Assembly (NCBI RefSeq): GCF_006345805.1
Contig: NC_043004.1
Location: forward strand, 47,244,001 to 47,308,000
Source of the DNA: Octopus sinensis
Lineage: Eukaryota
Reading direction: 5' to 3'
Length of the DNA: 64,000 bases
The notes under the pieces are model-generated. The model worked only from the letters and a program-made list of their open reading frames with translations, had not been told where the DNA came from and did no database searches. Positions within the stretch are counted from its first letter, which is position 1. Each line of letters opens with the position of its first letter. Of this stretch, positions 35,643-47,892 are shown in pieces. The translations under genes and the position numbers were made by a program.

Positions 35643-36393
35643 GCATATATATATATACATAAATATTTATTTATATATATAGAACGCTTTATAAATGTGT
35701 ATGGGGGTACATGCAAGAACATATGAGCATGATCGTATTATGTGTATATATCCACATGTAACGTATATATGCATGTATGTATGTTTATGTGTGAGTATAT
35801 TTTTGTGTATACGTCTTTTTCAGTGTATGTTATACTAACTGTACATTGAAATTCTATATGAACAGGAGTGGCAATCTTGGTCGTCATATTTATATTTCAG
35901 TTCCATAACTGCTAACATCAATTTCTACATTTCGTAAACATTCAGCTGTATAGAGAAAATTTAATACAGTGTATGGCTTCAGTTTTCTCTCTGAATATGA
36001 AGCTACAAAAGACAGTCAAATATTCGATTGTATGTACCTACACAGATAAAATGTATTTCGTTTTGCTTTCATTCATGCTTTTCTTTAATATGGCTGTACT
36101 TATGTTTGACGTGTTATGATGTGTAATCTGTTGAGATTACATTCAGGTGATTACATTCAGGTGATTGAACATCAGTAGGATTACTCAATGAGTTGAGTAC
36201 GCTCATCATATTTTGAGCTCAAAGCAGGGCTTAGTCGTTGTTGGCTAAATGTAATAGCATTTGATTTAAAAGTGCTAAGCTACACTTATACTTTGTACCC
36301 ATGTCAGCCAGAAGTACAACTGTGCATTTCATAGAGTGAGAAATATTAGATCATAAATATTTCCGTTATTATGGGTAATGTCTTAAAGTAAAT

Positions 36394-36780
36394 TCTTCAC
36401 CTTCACCTTGACCAACCAGTCCGTCGGGCGTCCATTTGACACCCCTGGTCACAGCACGCTGTCCACTTCTCTCTGGATCGCGCCTTTCTCGTCCACGCGA
36501 TCTCGATAGTCCTCCTGAAATCGTAACTCCACCGTCGTGGAGGCCTTCCGGGTGGTCGTTTCCGCTCGCGCGGGTACCACTCGACAACGGCGCGGGTCCA
36601 CCGATTATCGGTGAGCCGGGCGACATGTCCAGCCCATTTAAACTTGCTGCGTGTATACTCTGCGATTACATCCCTCACGGCGTACTTCTTTCTGATGACC
36701 TCGCTACTGATTTGCTCTCACAACGAGATACCAAGCATTTACCTTTCCATGAACTCATGAACTCCTTAATGTAATTAATA
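36394..36780 (-). mobile_element. RTE-clade LINE 3' end
   Basis: KFKWAGHVARLTDNRWTRAVVEWYPRERKRPPGRPPRRW, and a short tandem tail GTGAAGGTGAAG. Confidence 0.85.
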
Positions 36781-37369
36781 CACTCTAATATGTGATGTGC
36801 AAAATTCCTTCCTGTTGGAATCATTGGCCATCGAAAAAGTGTCAATGAATGATTGTCTTTATTTTCTTTTGGTGGCGGGGTGATGTTTTGTTTTCATGGA
36901 AACAATATTATCTTCTACATGCTAAGGTTTGTTTTCATAAAAGAAATCATTCACAAGCACACAAAACAACGTTACCGTTTCATAATGATTTTGTTTGAGA
37001 TTTGACAATAAACACTTAAGGGAATATATATTGATGCGTGAATGACACTTAAAGCTTCTAGCGCTGCAGGTATGTAATATTGAGAGATAACAATATAAAT
37101 GTTTCTATTTGTGTATGCAAATGTCTATTAGAATAAAGGCTCGAAATTAAGTTCAAAAATATAAGCACAAAAACAAAGAGGAAAAAACGTAATCAGAATT
37201 TTATATCATGGAATATTAAAATATGTGGAAGTATCACTAAACAGTAAAAATACTTACCGAACTTAGATACAAGAATGAGGAATGAAGAAAACATGTTTGA
37301 GGGTGTGTTCATGCGTCAGTCCCGTTTTAAGTACATATATGTACGTTTACACTTAAATACCACTCAACA

Positions 37370-39150
37370 ACACTGCTTCTACCTCCGTCTACTATTGCGT
37401 GAGGTCAGAGCGCCACCGTGTTTCCAGGACCTAAAAATGGTTCATGGACATGTTTGCACAACATGCAGAGAAGCCCGCTATCGTCGAGGTCTGTTAGAAG
37501 ATGGTGCACAATGGGATACAGCTTTACTGCTTAATCAGAATCACCTAAAAGTCTCAGGCACCATTTGCAGTATTACTACAGACATGCAAAACGTGTGATC
37601 CTGCCACTCTACGACTCAAATACAGGGACAAACTGGATGAAGACTTGAAGTGGCAAGTTCAACTGCTCTATCCTGACATGGAGGGTATCAGCAATGAAGT
37701 CTACAACAAAACTGTCATTGACATTGAAGACAGAATTGCTACACTGGGTGGAAAGGAATTATTCACATATGTCCTGCCACAAACATTCAGGTCAGCATCA
37801 AATAGCCTTTCCACTGCTGTCATTCGTGAAACATCCTATGATACTCAAGCGCTTTCAAAGCACATTGTTGAAAATGTGTCAAAATTACTTCTGGACCAAC
37901 TACAGACCTACAGAACTATTCTTAATAGTGTATGCCAACGCGATGGACGAATCTTCTTCCTGGATGTCCTGAAGGGACAGGAAAAAAACATTTATTACGA
38001 AGCTTCTCCTTGCAGAGGATAGGCACCACCAGGAATATTACAGTACCTGTGGCTTATTCTGGGATTCCAGGTACTTTGTTACACGGCGGCAGGGCAGCAC
38101 ACTCGACTTTTAAACTCCCTCTTAACCTAGCAGCATCCGATATACTTTCATGGAGCATCAGTAAAAGCTCAGGTCAGGAGCAGGTACTTAAAAGGTGTCA
38201 TCAGGGATGTCTGGGATGAGTGCACCATGACTCACAAGGGAGCTTTGGGAGCATTAGAAAGAGCCCTGAAAGACATCCAAAACTGTCAGGCTCCAATGTG
38301 GGCTGCTTCTGTTGTCAGTTGCTTTCTGGCAAACTCATCATGTCATTCCGAAAGGCACTGGAGCAGATGAGGTCCAAGCATGCCAAATATCCTCTACCCT
38401 GTGGCATCATGTTACGACCCTCAGTCTTAGCACTACCATGAAAGCTCAGCTACACGGCGACCAAATGTATGCAAAGTTTGCACAGGACATTTTGACACTT
38501 GGTGATGGCAAGATGCATCTCGACGCTGCTGGAGAAATGGAAGTGTGGCCATTTTCTTCTATTGTTAATTCTGTGGACGAGCTCAAACACAAAGTATTTC
38601 CCAACATCACAGAAAATTACCAAACTCACAATTGGCTGAGTGAAAGGGCAATATTAGCTCCAAAAAACGTTCCTGTTAAAAGAATAAGTCAATAGTTAAT
38701 GCATTCTCTTCCTGGCACACTTCACGCTTACAAGACCGTTGATAAAATTCCAGATAAAAATGTAGTTGTGAACTATCATTCTGAATTTCTCAATTCGCTG
38801 GAGCCTCCTGGACTACATCCACACATATTACACTTAAAGTTGGAACTCCTGTAATGCTACTCCGCAATCTAGAACCACCAAGATTTTGCAATGATCGAAG
38901 CTATCATTCTTTCTGGATGTGGAAAAGGTGATGACATCTTCATTCCAAGAATTCCTCTTACTCCATCAGGAGCAGAAATTCCATTTACTTTCAGAAGAGA
39001 GCAATCCCCCTTACATGTGACTTTTGCCATCACCATTAACAAATATCAGGGTCTTCTCATGGAAGAGTCCTGCTTCTCGCATAGACAACTGTATGTTGGC
39101 TGCTCAAGAGTGGGAAGCAAAAGAAGGAACATTGTTTTTCAACGAGTTGT
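37370..39150 (+). mobile_element. Decayed Helitron Rep/PIF1-helicase coding remnant
   Basis: FYLRLLL..V..P..FQDLK.V.G; AYSGIPGTLLHGGRAAHSTFKLPL; WLSERAILAPKN; IFIPRIPL..FAITINK.QG..FSHRQLYVGCSRVG. Frameshifted. Confidence 0.9.
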
Positions 39151-39268
39151 TATAATCACAAGAGCCAGGAGGTAGGTACATGATCACACTTTCTTTTACC
39201 AAACTTCATGTAGTTTTATGCATTGATATTGATATACATATAAGTATGTGTGTTTATCAATATATATA

Positions 39269-39478
39269 GTGAGAGTTTACGAAGAAAAACAAAAGACGAA
39301 GACAGGTGGTGTACAAAACAAATAGATGTATTAGTATAACGCTCATGAATAGAAAAAGTATTTTACGTTTCGAGCCTACGCTCTTCTACAGAAAAGGACA
39401 CAGAAAAAAACAAGTAGAGAAAGAAAGGGAGAAAAAATGTGTGTAGTGGCTAACGATCTATTATGGCGACTGACCATG
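39269..39478 (-). mobile_element. PLE 3'-end fragment with hammerhead-like motif (39358-39397)
   Basis: CUUUU-CUGUAGA-A-GAGC-GUAG-GCUC-GAAA-CGU-A-AAA. TA repeats on both sides. Confidence 0.75.
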
Positions 39479-39480
39479 AT

Positions 39481-39583
<103 letters not shown>

Positions 39584-39885
39584 CGGGAAAGAATTGCTGG
39601 ACATGTTCTACGAGCAAGAACAAGCAGCAGGTGACTCAAGTGTAGTATATGAGAACGATAGTTCGGTAACATTCGGAAGCACCGTTGGCCTCCCATGGAG
39701 ATTCAGCTCGATCAATTTGACGACGGTTGCTCCTGACTAGACCCGATGGCCCGATAGGAGATGTTCTGCTGTACTCTCCCCCACGACTCTTCAAACATTA
39801 AGTGGGCGAGACTATATGTGTGTGTGTGCGTATGTGTATATATGCCTGCGTGTGTGCATGTATACGGTATTTTATGTGAATATAA

Positions 39886-40117
39886 GGCGGCGAGCTGGCA
39901 GAATCATTAGCACGGCGGGCGAAATGCTTAGCGGTATATCGTCTGCCGTTACGTTCTGAGTTCGAATTCCGCCGAGGTCGACTTTGCCTTTCATCCTTTC
40001 GGGGTCGATAAATTAAGTACCAGTTACACACTGGGGTCGATGTAATCGACTTAATACATTTGTCTGTCCTTGTTTGTCCCCTCTATGTTTAGCCCCTTGT
40101 GGGTAATAAAGAAATAG
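39886..40117 (+). mobile_element. Full-length tRNA-derived SINE (GGCGGCGAGCTGGCAGAA head)
   Basis: A box and B box GTTCGAATTCC, central GTCGACTTTGCCTTTCATCCTTTCGGGGTCGATAAATTAAGTACCAG, tail GGGTAATAAAGAAATAG. Confidence 0.9.
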
Positions 40118-40602
40118 ATATTTTATGCGAGACCTGTATCATATGAATAAAGACATATAACAAAATATTTTGCATACGTATCTATATTAGACGAAATATT
40201 TCTTTGTTTATAAAACCCTCAAAGTTCGGATCATCGTTTACATTTATAGCATAACATATCAACTTTGTTCGTATAAAATTACAATTCCAGAGATATGATA
40301 AGTATGGGAATCATATTAAATGTCTTTGTTCAGCACAATGGTAATTGATTGTGGAATTGGCATGAGCTACACATTAAATTAAACCCTCTGTTGGCAATTT
40401 CTCTGCCGTAATAACATTTGGAAACAATTTAAGCAGAGATACTAGAATAGTTTGATTGAATAGCGAATAATTCATAAGTATAATCAGTTTATGTTCAGTT
40501 AGAGCAACGATTGCTATTTCACTTGCTACAGTAGTAACGTTAAGTATGGTACATTAGCCATCATGATTCACATACAACACAGAAGCACGAATACACACGC
40601 AC

Positions 40603-40690
<88 letters not shown>

Positions 40691-41305
40691 TACCTGTGTG
40701 AGTAGAAATGTGTGAGCGTGTATGAGAGTATGCGTGTGGAATTACGTATATATACGTGTGTGTGGGAGTGTGTATCTAGATATATATTTATATACAAAAG
40801 AGGCACATATATATGCATATATACTGCCTGTCTATTGTACATAGACTCAGTTATAATAGACAGGCAAAAATTAGGCATTGAAATTAGAAGGGTGAACATG
40901 CCATTGGACAGGATATAGGATCCTCAGAGGACTGGCTCTGTGAACTGTGGCCATTTAAATTATGACACGTAGTGGCTTAATATCGTTAATTAATGTGATC
41001 CCTCTTGTGAAGGCCTCTAAGTTCTCTTTCTCTCTGTCTCTCTCTCTCTCTGTCTATCTGTCTCTCTCTCTATCCTATATATAGGGCGCGGTAGTTGTAT
41101 ATGTATATGTATGCATGTATAGATGTATGTATCTATTTTCATATGTAGAACCAGACACACAAACGAAGAATTAGTAACTCCTATGAAGCACAACAGTGCA
41201 TGTATCGGACATATAATACAGACATAAGGCAAGCATTTTAAAAACATACATACATACATCGTAAACTTTCCCTTTATATATATATATATATGTATATATA
41301 TATTT

Positions 41306-41795
41306 TTTTTTTTCAGTAAAAACAATTAAGATTCAAGTGAGTTCCAATGAATTCACATGAATGCGGTACTTAACTTTGATGCACCAGAAATCTATATGGT
41401 ATTAACCATAAAATAATGTAGGGTGATTATAAACAAGAAAAAGGCAACAAGAATGGATTAGTTGTTCAGTACAATTGTTTCATACGAAGAACAGCTTTAT
41501 TAAAAGCTGCAAATATTGCAGCAAATACAAGTGTCCCTTTTATAAAACTGCATCATTAGAGAACTTTTGAAGTCTGCTCACAACCTAACTTTGCTTTTTA
41601 TAGAACTCTCTCCGATACTTGATGAGCGTAGCCTCACCCCCTAGGATGTTTGGAAAACTCATATGTGTTTTGGTTGATGAATACGGGACACTTGTATTTG
41701 CTGCAATATTTGCAGCTTTTAATAAAGCTGTTCTTCGTATGAAACAATTGTACTGAACAACTAATCCATTCTTGTTACTTTTTTCTTGTTTATAT
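41306..41795. repeat. Inverted duplication (arms 41428-41537 and 41684-41795) of the hammerhead-bearing repeat
   Basis: Arms are near-identical reverse complements, differing at AAAAAGGC vs AAAAAAGT. The left arm continues into the family's 3' tail (41306-41427). The right arm stops at (TA)n. Confidence 0.9.
41669..41757 (+). ncRNA. Type I hammerhead ribozyme with enlarged (60-nt) domain II, copy 3
   Basis: UUGAUGA 41674-41680 (C3 to U); stem II base AUACGG/UCGUAU; GAAA 41741-41744; stem III ACAAUUGU; GUA site at 41752; stem I UUUGG/CUGAA. Confidence 0.7.
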
Positions 41796-41835
<40 letters not shown>

Positions 41836-41839
<4 letters not shown>

Positions 41840-41924
41840 AAACCAGTGGCCTAGCATGTGGTCAGATCATATGGAGTCTACCTCTAGCATAGTAGATGCC
41901 CACTTAGTGGTCATCCCACTTATA

Positions 41925-41971
<47 letters not shown>

Positions 41972-42101
41972 GTAGAAAAGCGTAGGCTCGATACGTAAAA
42001 GACTTTTTTCTATTCCTGAGCGTAATACTAATACATCTGTTTGTTTTGTACACCACCTGTCATCGTCTTTTGTTTGTTTTTTCGTAAACTTTCCCTATAT
42101 A

Positions 42102-42152
<51 letters not shown>

Positions 42153-42154
42153 TA

Positions 42155-42193
<39 letters not shown>

Positions 42194-42845
42194 CATAAAC
42201 AATAAGGAGGGAAATTGAATATAAATTTGATTAATATCAGTTTAAAACCGATGAATAGCATATTGAAAAATCTGAAAATTCAGAAAACATATATTACATA
42301 CGTATAAGTGAACATCTATTATGTAAGAGATATACCCCCATATGGTCTGACCACTAAGAAAAGATTGTTCTCGAGAAAATTCAGCAAACGCCAGAACGTT
42401 AGCGAGCAAGACAAATGAAAAGATTCAAAATATAACGATTAATCACAAACTCGCTGTCATTGTTACTACTTACGTAATATCCGCAATTCATCAGTGTGAT
42501 AGTCATAGCAAAATATGATTTGCAGAACTATTCACGGGTCGTCCGCATGAGATTGAACATGCAAATAGTTCTACCAATTACATTTGAGGTTATATTTTAA
42601 AAGTCTTCGTTTTCTCACGCCAAAATAGCGGAAATAATTCTGCAGAAAAATATTTCTCTGCAGTGAATGAATTTTGCCTGTTAGAGAACATGGTTGTTTA
42701 AATTTAAATAATAAATGTGAAAATTTTAATAGTAATTTGAGTAATATCAATTTAAAACCAGTGGCGTAGCATATGGTCAGACCATATGGAGTCTACCTCT
42801 AGCATAATGGATGCCCACTTAGTGGTCATCCACCTTATATGCATA
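41836..42845 (+). repeat. Two ~93-bp direct repeats (41836-41928 and 42751-42845) starting CAGTGGC(C/G)TAGC
   Basis: About 90% identical, both followed by (TA)n. An inverted sub-motif (CCATATGGTCTGACCACTAAG) lies at ~42338-42358. The start resembles a hAT-type terminus. Confidence 0.8.
41965..42095 (+). mobile_element. PLE 3'-end fragment with degenerate hammerhead-like motif
   Basis: CTTT-CTGTAGA-AAAGCGTAGGCTC-GATACGT-A-AAAG plus the tail shared with 39269. Embedded in (TA)n on both sides. Confidence 0.75.
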
Positions 42846-42922
42846 TATTTATATACATTTATACACACACACACATATATATATGTATATATATACATAT
42901 ATACACGCACACACACACACAC

Positions 42923-43002
<80 letters not shown>

Positions 43003-43375
43003 CATACATGCATATATATATGTATATGTATATACATATATATATACTACGTAATAGTGTCTTAATATCACCTTTCGATGCTGCTACTTGATACATTCAG
43101 CATCATCTGATTTATATTTACTTTCACAGAAATAATTATATTTGATAATTTTCAATAATTTATTATTTTCAATACATCTATAATTTTATTTTACGTCATA
43201 TTATTTCCCTTATATTTAATTCTCTTTTATCTGTGATTTATGAGTATATTTGTGAAAGAGTAAATGTATGTATGTGCCTGTGTGGGCGCGCGTGTGTATA
43301 TATGTCTGAGTGTTTACATTGGATACGCTGAATCATTATATAATTATATATATATACATAAATATATATACATAA

Positions 43376-43407
<32 letters not shown>

Positions 43408-43465
43408 ATATTATATATATATACATAAATATATATACATAAATATATATATATATTTATATATT

Positions 43466-43498
<33 letters not shown>

Positions 43499-43574
43499 TA
43501 TATAATATATATATATATATATCTGTTATATATCTGTTTATCTATCCATCTAACTATATGTATATATACATAGA

Positions 43575-43606
<32 letters not shown>

Positions 43607-43769
43607 TTCTATGTATATACATATAGTTAGATGGATAGATAAACAGATAAATAATTAGATAGGTTGATAGATATACAGACAGGTAGGCAGATATACAGAT
43701 ACATAGATAGACAGACAGAGAGACTGATAGATAAGTAGATAGATACATAGATATATATTGACATACTTA

Positions 43770-43784
43770 TGTATATGCATACAA

Positions 43785-43820
<36 letters not shown>

Positions 43821-44102
43821 GCATACATACGTACATACACACATACAGACTAATACACCCATACATACATACATACATACATACATGCATTCACACATAC
43901 ATACATGCATGCATTCATACATACATACATATATACAAACATACATACATGCATACATACATGCATACCAACATACATACATACATACATGCATACATAC
44001 ATACATACATACATGCATACATGCATACATACATACATACATACATACATACATACATACATACATACATACATACATACATACATACATACATACATAC
44101 AT
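43770..44102. repeat. (TACA)n-type microsatellite
   Basis: Long imperfect ACAT/GCAT array. Confidence 0.95.
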
Positions 44103-44717
44103 AATGCTGAGCGTGCACAACCAGAGCGATACATATGCAGGAAAAAATATAAATGTAATTATAAATCGTAGACGCAATGAAAGAGTAACAAATAAAATAT
44201 ATATACTTATTGAAATTAAAAATTGAAGATAGTGGAACAAAATTATTTTTGTAAATTAAAACGTAAATATATTTTGTTTGTCTGTGCATTAGTGTTTGCA
44301 TTGCTATATTTCCGACTATTAATTTTTAATATTAAATTAGCAAGATTTGGTAGGAACTACATCTAAATTTTACTGCACTTTTATGAGAAACTGTGGTAAA
44401 TACCATAGTTTTGTGTGTATGTGTATTTGTGCGTGTGAGTGTGTACACACACATATATACACGTTTCTTCTTCATGTATTTACAAATATTTGTATTATAT
44501 TATTTTTATGTAATATCATTATATTATGTAATGCCTATATTTGTATCATTAGATATGTTTATTGCTACGTTTAGTTTTTGGGCTTTTTATACAATTTAAA
44601 ATGCAATATTTGTTGTTATATTTAATTATATAATGTTATAAAATTTTAGTATATTCATATTTTATCTCGTATATTTAATATTTGTATATATGCTGTATTT
44701 TATTAAATATTATCCTA

Positions 44718-45120
44718 CAGGCGTGGCTGTGTGGCAACAAGTCTACTTACTTCAGAATACGTGGTTCCGCGTTCAGTTCCTTCGGGTGGCAACTTTGTCA
44801 ATAGACTTCTACTGCAGTGCAGTCTGCCCAAAGCCATGTGTTTAGATTTGGTAGACGAAAACTGAAAAAAACTCTGTGTGTGTTTGTGGGTGCATGCGTG
44901 TGAATGTCTGCGCGTGTGTATATTTATGTTTGTCCCCCATCACCGCATAACAAATGGTTGCGGTTTCCTTAATTCCCTGTGGTCTAAGTGTTCGGCAATA
45001 TAGAACGATATAACATGTACCAAGATTACAAATACGTAATCTGTGTCACTTCCTTCGACTAAAGTAAAATCCAATCCGAGTGGTGCTCCAGCAATCCAAT
45101 GAGAAAACAAGTGAACGATA
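44718..45120 (+). mobile_element. Old, diverged copy of the 46756-type SINE
   Basis: GTGGCTGTGTGG..GGTTCCGCGTTCAGTTCC..GATTTGGTAGACGAAAACTGAAA..GGTGCTCCAGCA. Confidence 0.75.
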
Positions 45121-45341
45121 AAGTTTGTGCATGATGCATGATAAACATCTGGAAATTATATACGTTTTGTATAAAGCTTTATATTGGTGCTATATATTCT
45201 GTAACATTATATTCTATTCATGGTCACAGCAAAGTTTATATATCATTTATAAACAGTTTTATATATAAAATTATTTGTATATATCTTAAATACCTGATAT
45301 CTTTCTTTCTGTTTTCTTGTTATGACATACAAATTGCACAC

Positions 45342-45596
45342 TTAGATTTGATACGCGTCCATAACATTGAGATATGCGTCAGTTTTGTTCAAAAGCTGAT
45401 CGGCAAGGTCGCCCTCTACATTCTCGATTTTCGAAGATCTCGTCTTCACTACGGAATCCCTCAAACGACCGTCGTACCGTCCTATTACTAGTTGACCCTT
45501 CACCCCATGCTCTGTTGATAACGATGATTGTTTAGTGAGCTTTATATCCAAGCTTGAATTCATGCGAAGAAGTAAATGAAATTCTTCTTTTCTTTC
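45342..45596 (-). CDS. Probable terminal coding exon of an unidentified host gene (84 aa: ERKEEFHLLLR...KTDAYLNVMDAYQI*)
   Basis: Acceptor TTAATTTCAAACAG at 45597 puts the frame in phase 0. The segment is stop-free, non-repetitive, balanced in composition and not TE-like, and is followed by an AT-rich UTR-like tract. Confidence 0.55.
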   Translation of the reverse strand, partial: ERKEEFHLLLRMNSSLDIKLTKQSSLSTEHGVKGQLVIGRYDGRLRDSVVKTRSSKIENVEGDLADQLLNKTDAYLNVMDAYQI

Positions 45597-45948
45597 CTGT
45601 TTGAAATTAAGGACTCCTACGATTCAAAATTCTATTTGAAAGAAATCAATAAAAATATATTAAGGAGTACACATAAATTATTAAGCATGCAAAATTTCTT
45701 CTAAAACACTACAAAAATAGCATCTTAAATCAAGTTAGAAAAAATATATCAAAATATAGGACAGCAGTTTCCTAACGACCTAATATTACAATTGCTGCAT
45801 ACGCTATCTATACTGCCTATAATATATCTTATAATATATTGTGCTTGTCGGTAAAGTATTCACGTGATTAGAGAGGAAGAGAGAGAAAGAGAAGAGAGAA
45901 GCATAAAAAGATAGCGAGAGAAAAAACGGAGAGGAAAAGGTGGAGAGT

Positions 45949-46122
45949 GTGTTTACGTCACCGTCACTTAGCGGTTCGGCAAAAGAAACCGATAGAATAA
46001 GTACTGGGCTTACAAAGAATAATTCCCGGGGTCGATTTGCACGACTAAAGGCGGTGCTCCAGCATGGCCGCAGTCAAAATGACTGAAGCAAGTAAAATAG
46101 TAAAAGAGCAAAGAGCAAAGAG
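45949..46122 (+). mobile_element. 3' half of the 46756-type SINE
   Basis: CTTAGCGGTTCGGCAAAAG..CCGATAGAATAAGTACT..GGTGCTCCAGCATGGCCGCAGTC with AAAGAGC tail repeats. Confidence 0.85.
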
Positions 46123-46312
46123 AGACAAATATCACACTGAAGTATTTCTCTGTATTTTTCAGATGAGAGACTCGTTTCATACTTTAGACAGAAAACTTTG
46201 CGAATTCCCAAAACTTTGTAGTTATTATCAATCTAGATTTTAAAGATAATACATGCATATGTGTGTGCGTGCGTGTATATTTATATATATATACATCTTA
46301 ATACTTACATAC

Positions 46313-46356
<44 letters not shown>

Positions 46357-46479
46357 AGAGTGAATTTGCTACCATCTTGTTCTTAAGAATGAAATCAACC
46401 TCTGTGTCTATATATATACCCTCTTTATAATGTTACCAAATGAAATAGAGATAAGAATGTGTATTGTCCGTTTGATTGG

Positions 46480-46700
46480 AAAATTCTATAAGTGGCTGAA
46501 GATTGCTCAATATCTTAAAACTGATGTAATACATACATTGTTTAATAAAATGAAGTAGTATGAAACAATTGTACTACTCTACCTCGGATATACTTGTTGC
46601 TTATTTTGATTATAATCACCCCCATTTTATTTATATGGATAATACCATACAAAATTCTGGTGCCTTTGTCTTAAGTACCATATTCATCTGAATCTAAATA
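46480..46700 (+). mobile_element. ~215-bp hammerhead-bearing repeat, copy 2
   Basis: Colinear with 18085-18300. The 3' end GAATCTAAAT runs directly into an (ACAT)/(AC) microsatellite. Confidence 0.8.
46491..46578 (+). ncRNA. Type I hammerhead ribozyme with enlarged (59-nt) domain II, copy 2
   Basis: CUGAAGA 46496-46502; GAAA 46562-46565; stem III ACAAUUGU; GUA site at 46573; stem I AGUGG/CUACU. Confidence 0.75.
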
Positions 46701-46755
46701 CATACATACACACGCACACAGACACAAACAGGCATATATAAATATATATATATAT

Positions 46756-47145
46756 AGGCGCAGGAGTGGCTGTGTGGCCTACCAACCACTTGGTTCCGGG
46801 TTCAGTCCCACTGCGTGGCACCTTGGGCAAGTGTCTTCTACTATAACCTCGGGCCGACCAAAGCCTTGTGAGTGGATTTGGTAGACGGAAACTGAAAGAA
46901 GCCCGTTGTATATATGTATATATATATATATGTGTGCGTGTATGTTTGTGTGTCTGTGTCTGTCCCCCTAGAATTGCTTGACAACCGATGCTGGTGTGTT
47001 TATAACCCCGTCACTAAGCGGTTCGGCAAAAAGAGACCGATAGAATAAGTACTGGGCTTACAAAGAATAAGTCCCGGGGTCGACTAAAGGCGGTGCTCCA
47101 GCATGGCCGCAGTCAAATGACTGAAACAAGTAAAAGAATATAAGA

Positions 47146-47146
<1 letters not shown>
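46756..47146 (+). mobile_element. Full-length tRNA-derived SINE with internal (TA)/(TG) microsatellite
   Basis: AGGCGCAGGAGTGGCTGTGTGG head, GGTTCAGTCCC B box, tail CAAATGACTGAAACAAGTAAAAGA. Confidence 0.9.
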
Positions 47147-47190
<44 letters not shown>

Positions 47191-47259
47191 AATATATGTA
47201 AGTATACAGATAACGGACTCTCCCGTCGTTAGACGATGTGTGTGGGTTCGAAAATTACT

Positions 47260-47505
47260 TACCGAAAAACCACACACATGATTTCTTTATAGTGGTGAGA
47301 TGTTTGTGTAGACATAAGCTCACTCTCTCCAACAAATCGACATTACCTGTACAGGTGAAGTCGAGTGCCACATTACAGATATACAATGATTGCAGCGCAA
47401 CATGAAATTTCCTCAAGAAAAAAACGCAACTCCCGGTCTGGGACTCGAACCCATGATCTCGCAATTGTAAGTACAACACCATATCCACTAATCCATGCGC
47501 CTTCA
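47260..47505 (-). mobile_element. Diverged tRNA-derived SINE
   Basis: Minus: GAAGGCGCATGGATTAGTGG..GGGTTCGAGTCCCAGACCGGGAG. Confidence 0.7.
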
Positions 47506-47631
47506 CGTGTATACATATACACGTGTATGTATATAGATATGTTTGTGTGTGTTTGTGTGAATATAATCATATATAAACTTGTATACATGTGTATGTCTGC
47601 ATCTATATATGTATAATTATGTGTATACATG

Positions 47632-47892
47632 ATCACGTGATCACGTGACCGACCAGACCATCAGATGTTGCTACACATCGCTGGTCACAATGCGCTTCGC
47701 ATTGTTTTAGCCTTCAATGACGCCACCCCGCTGGCTAAGCGAGCAGGCCAATAGAAGAAAATTGAAAGTTGTGGTGAAAGAGCACAGCGAGTGTTTTCGC
47801 TCAATAAACACTCACAACGCCCGGTCTGGGAATCGAAACCGCGATCATACGACCGCGAGTCCGCTGCCCTAACCACTGGGCCATTGCACCTC
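47632..47892 (-). mobile_element. tRNA-derived SINE with 6742-type head and TCACGTGA tandem tail
   Basis: Head nearly identical to 6650-6742. Different 3' region ending TCACGTGATCACGTGA. Confidence 0.8.
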
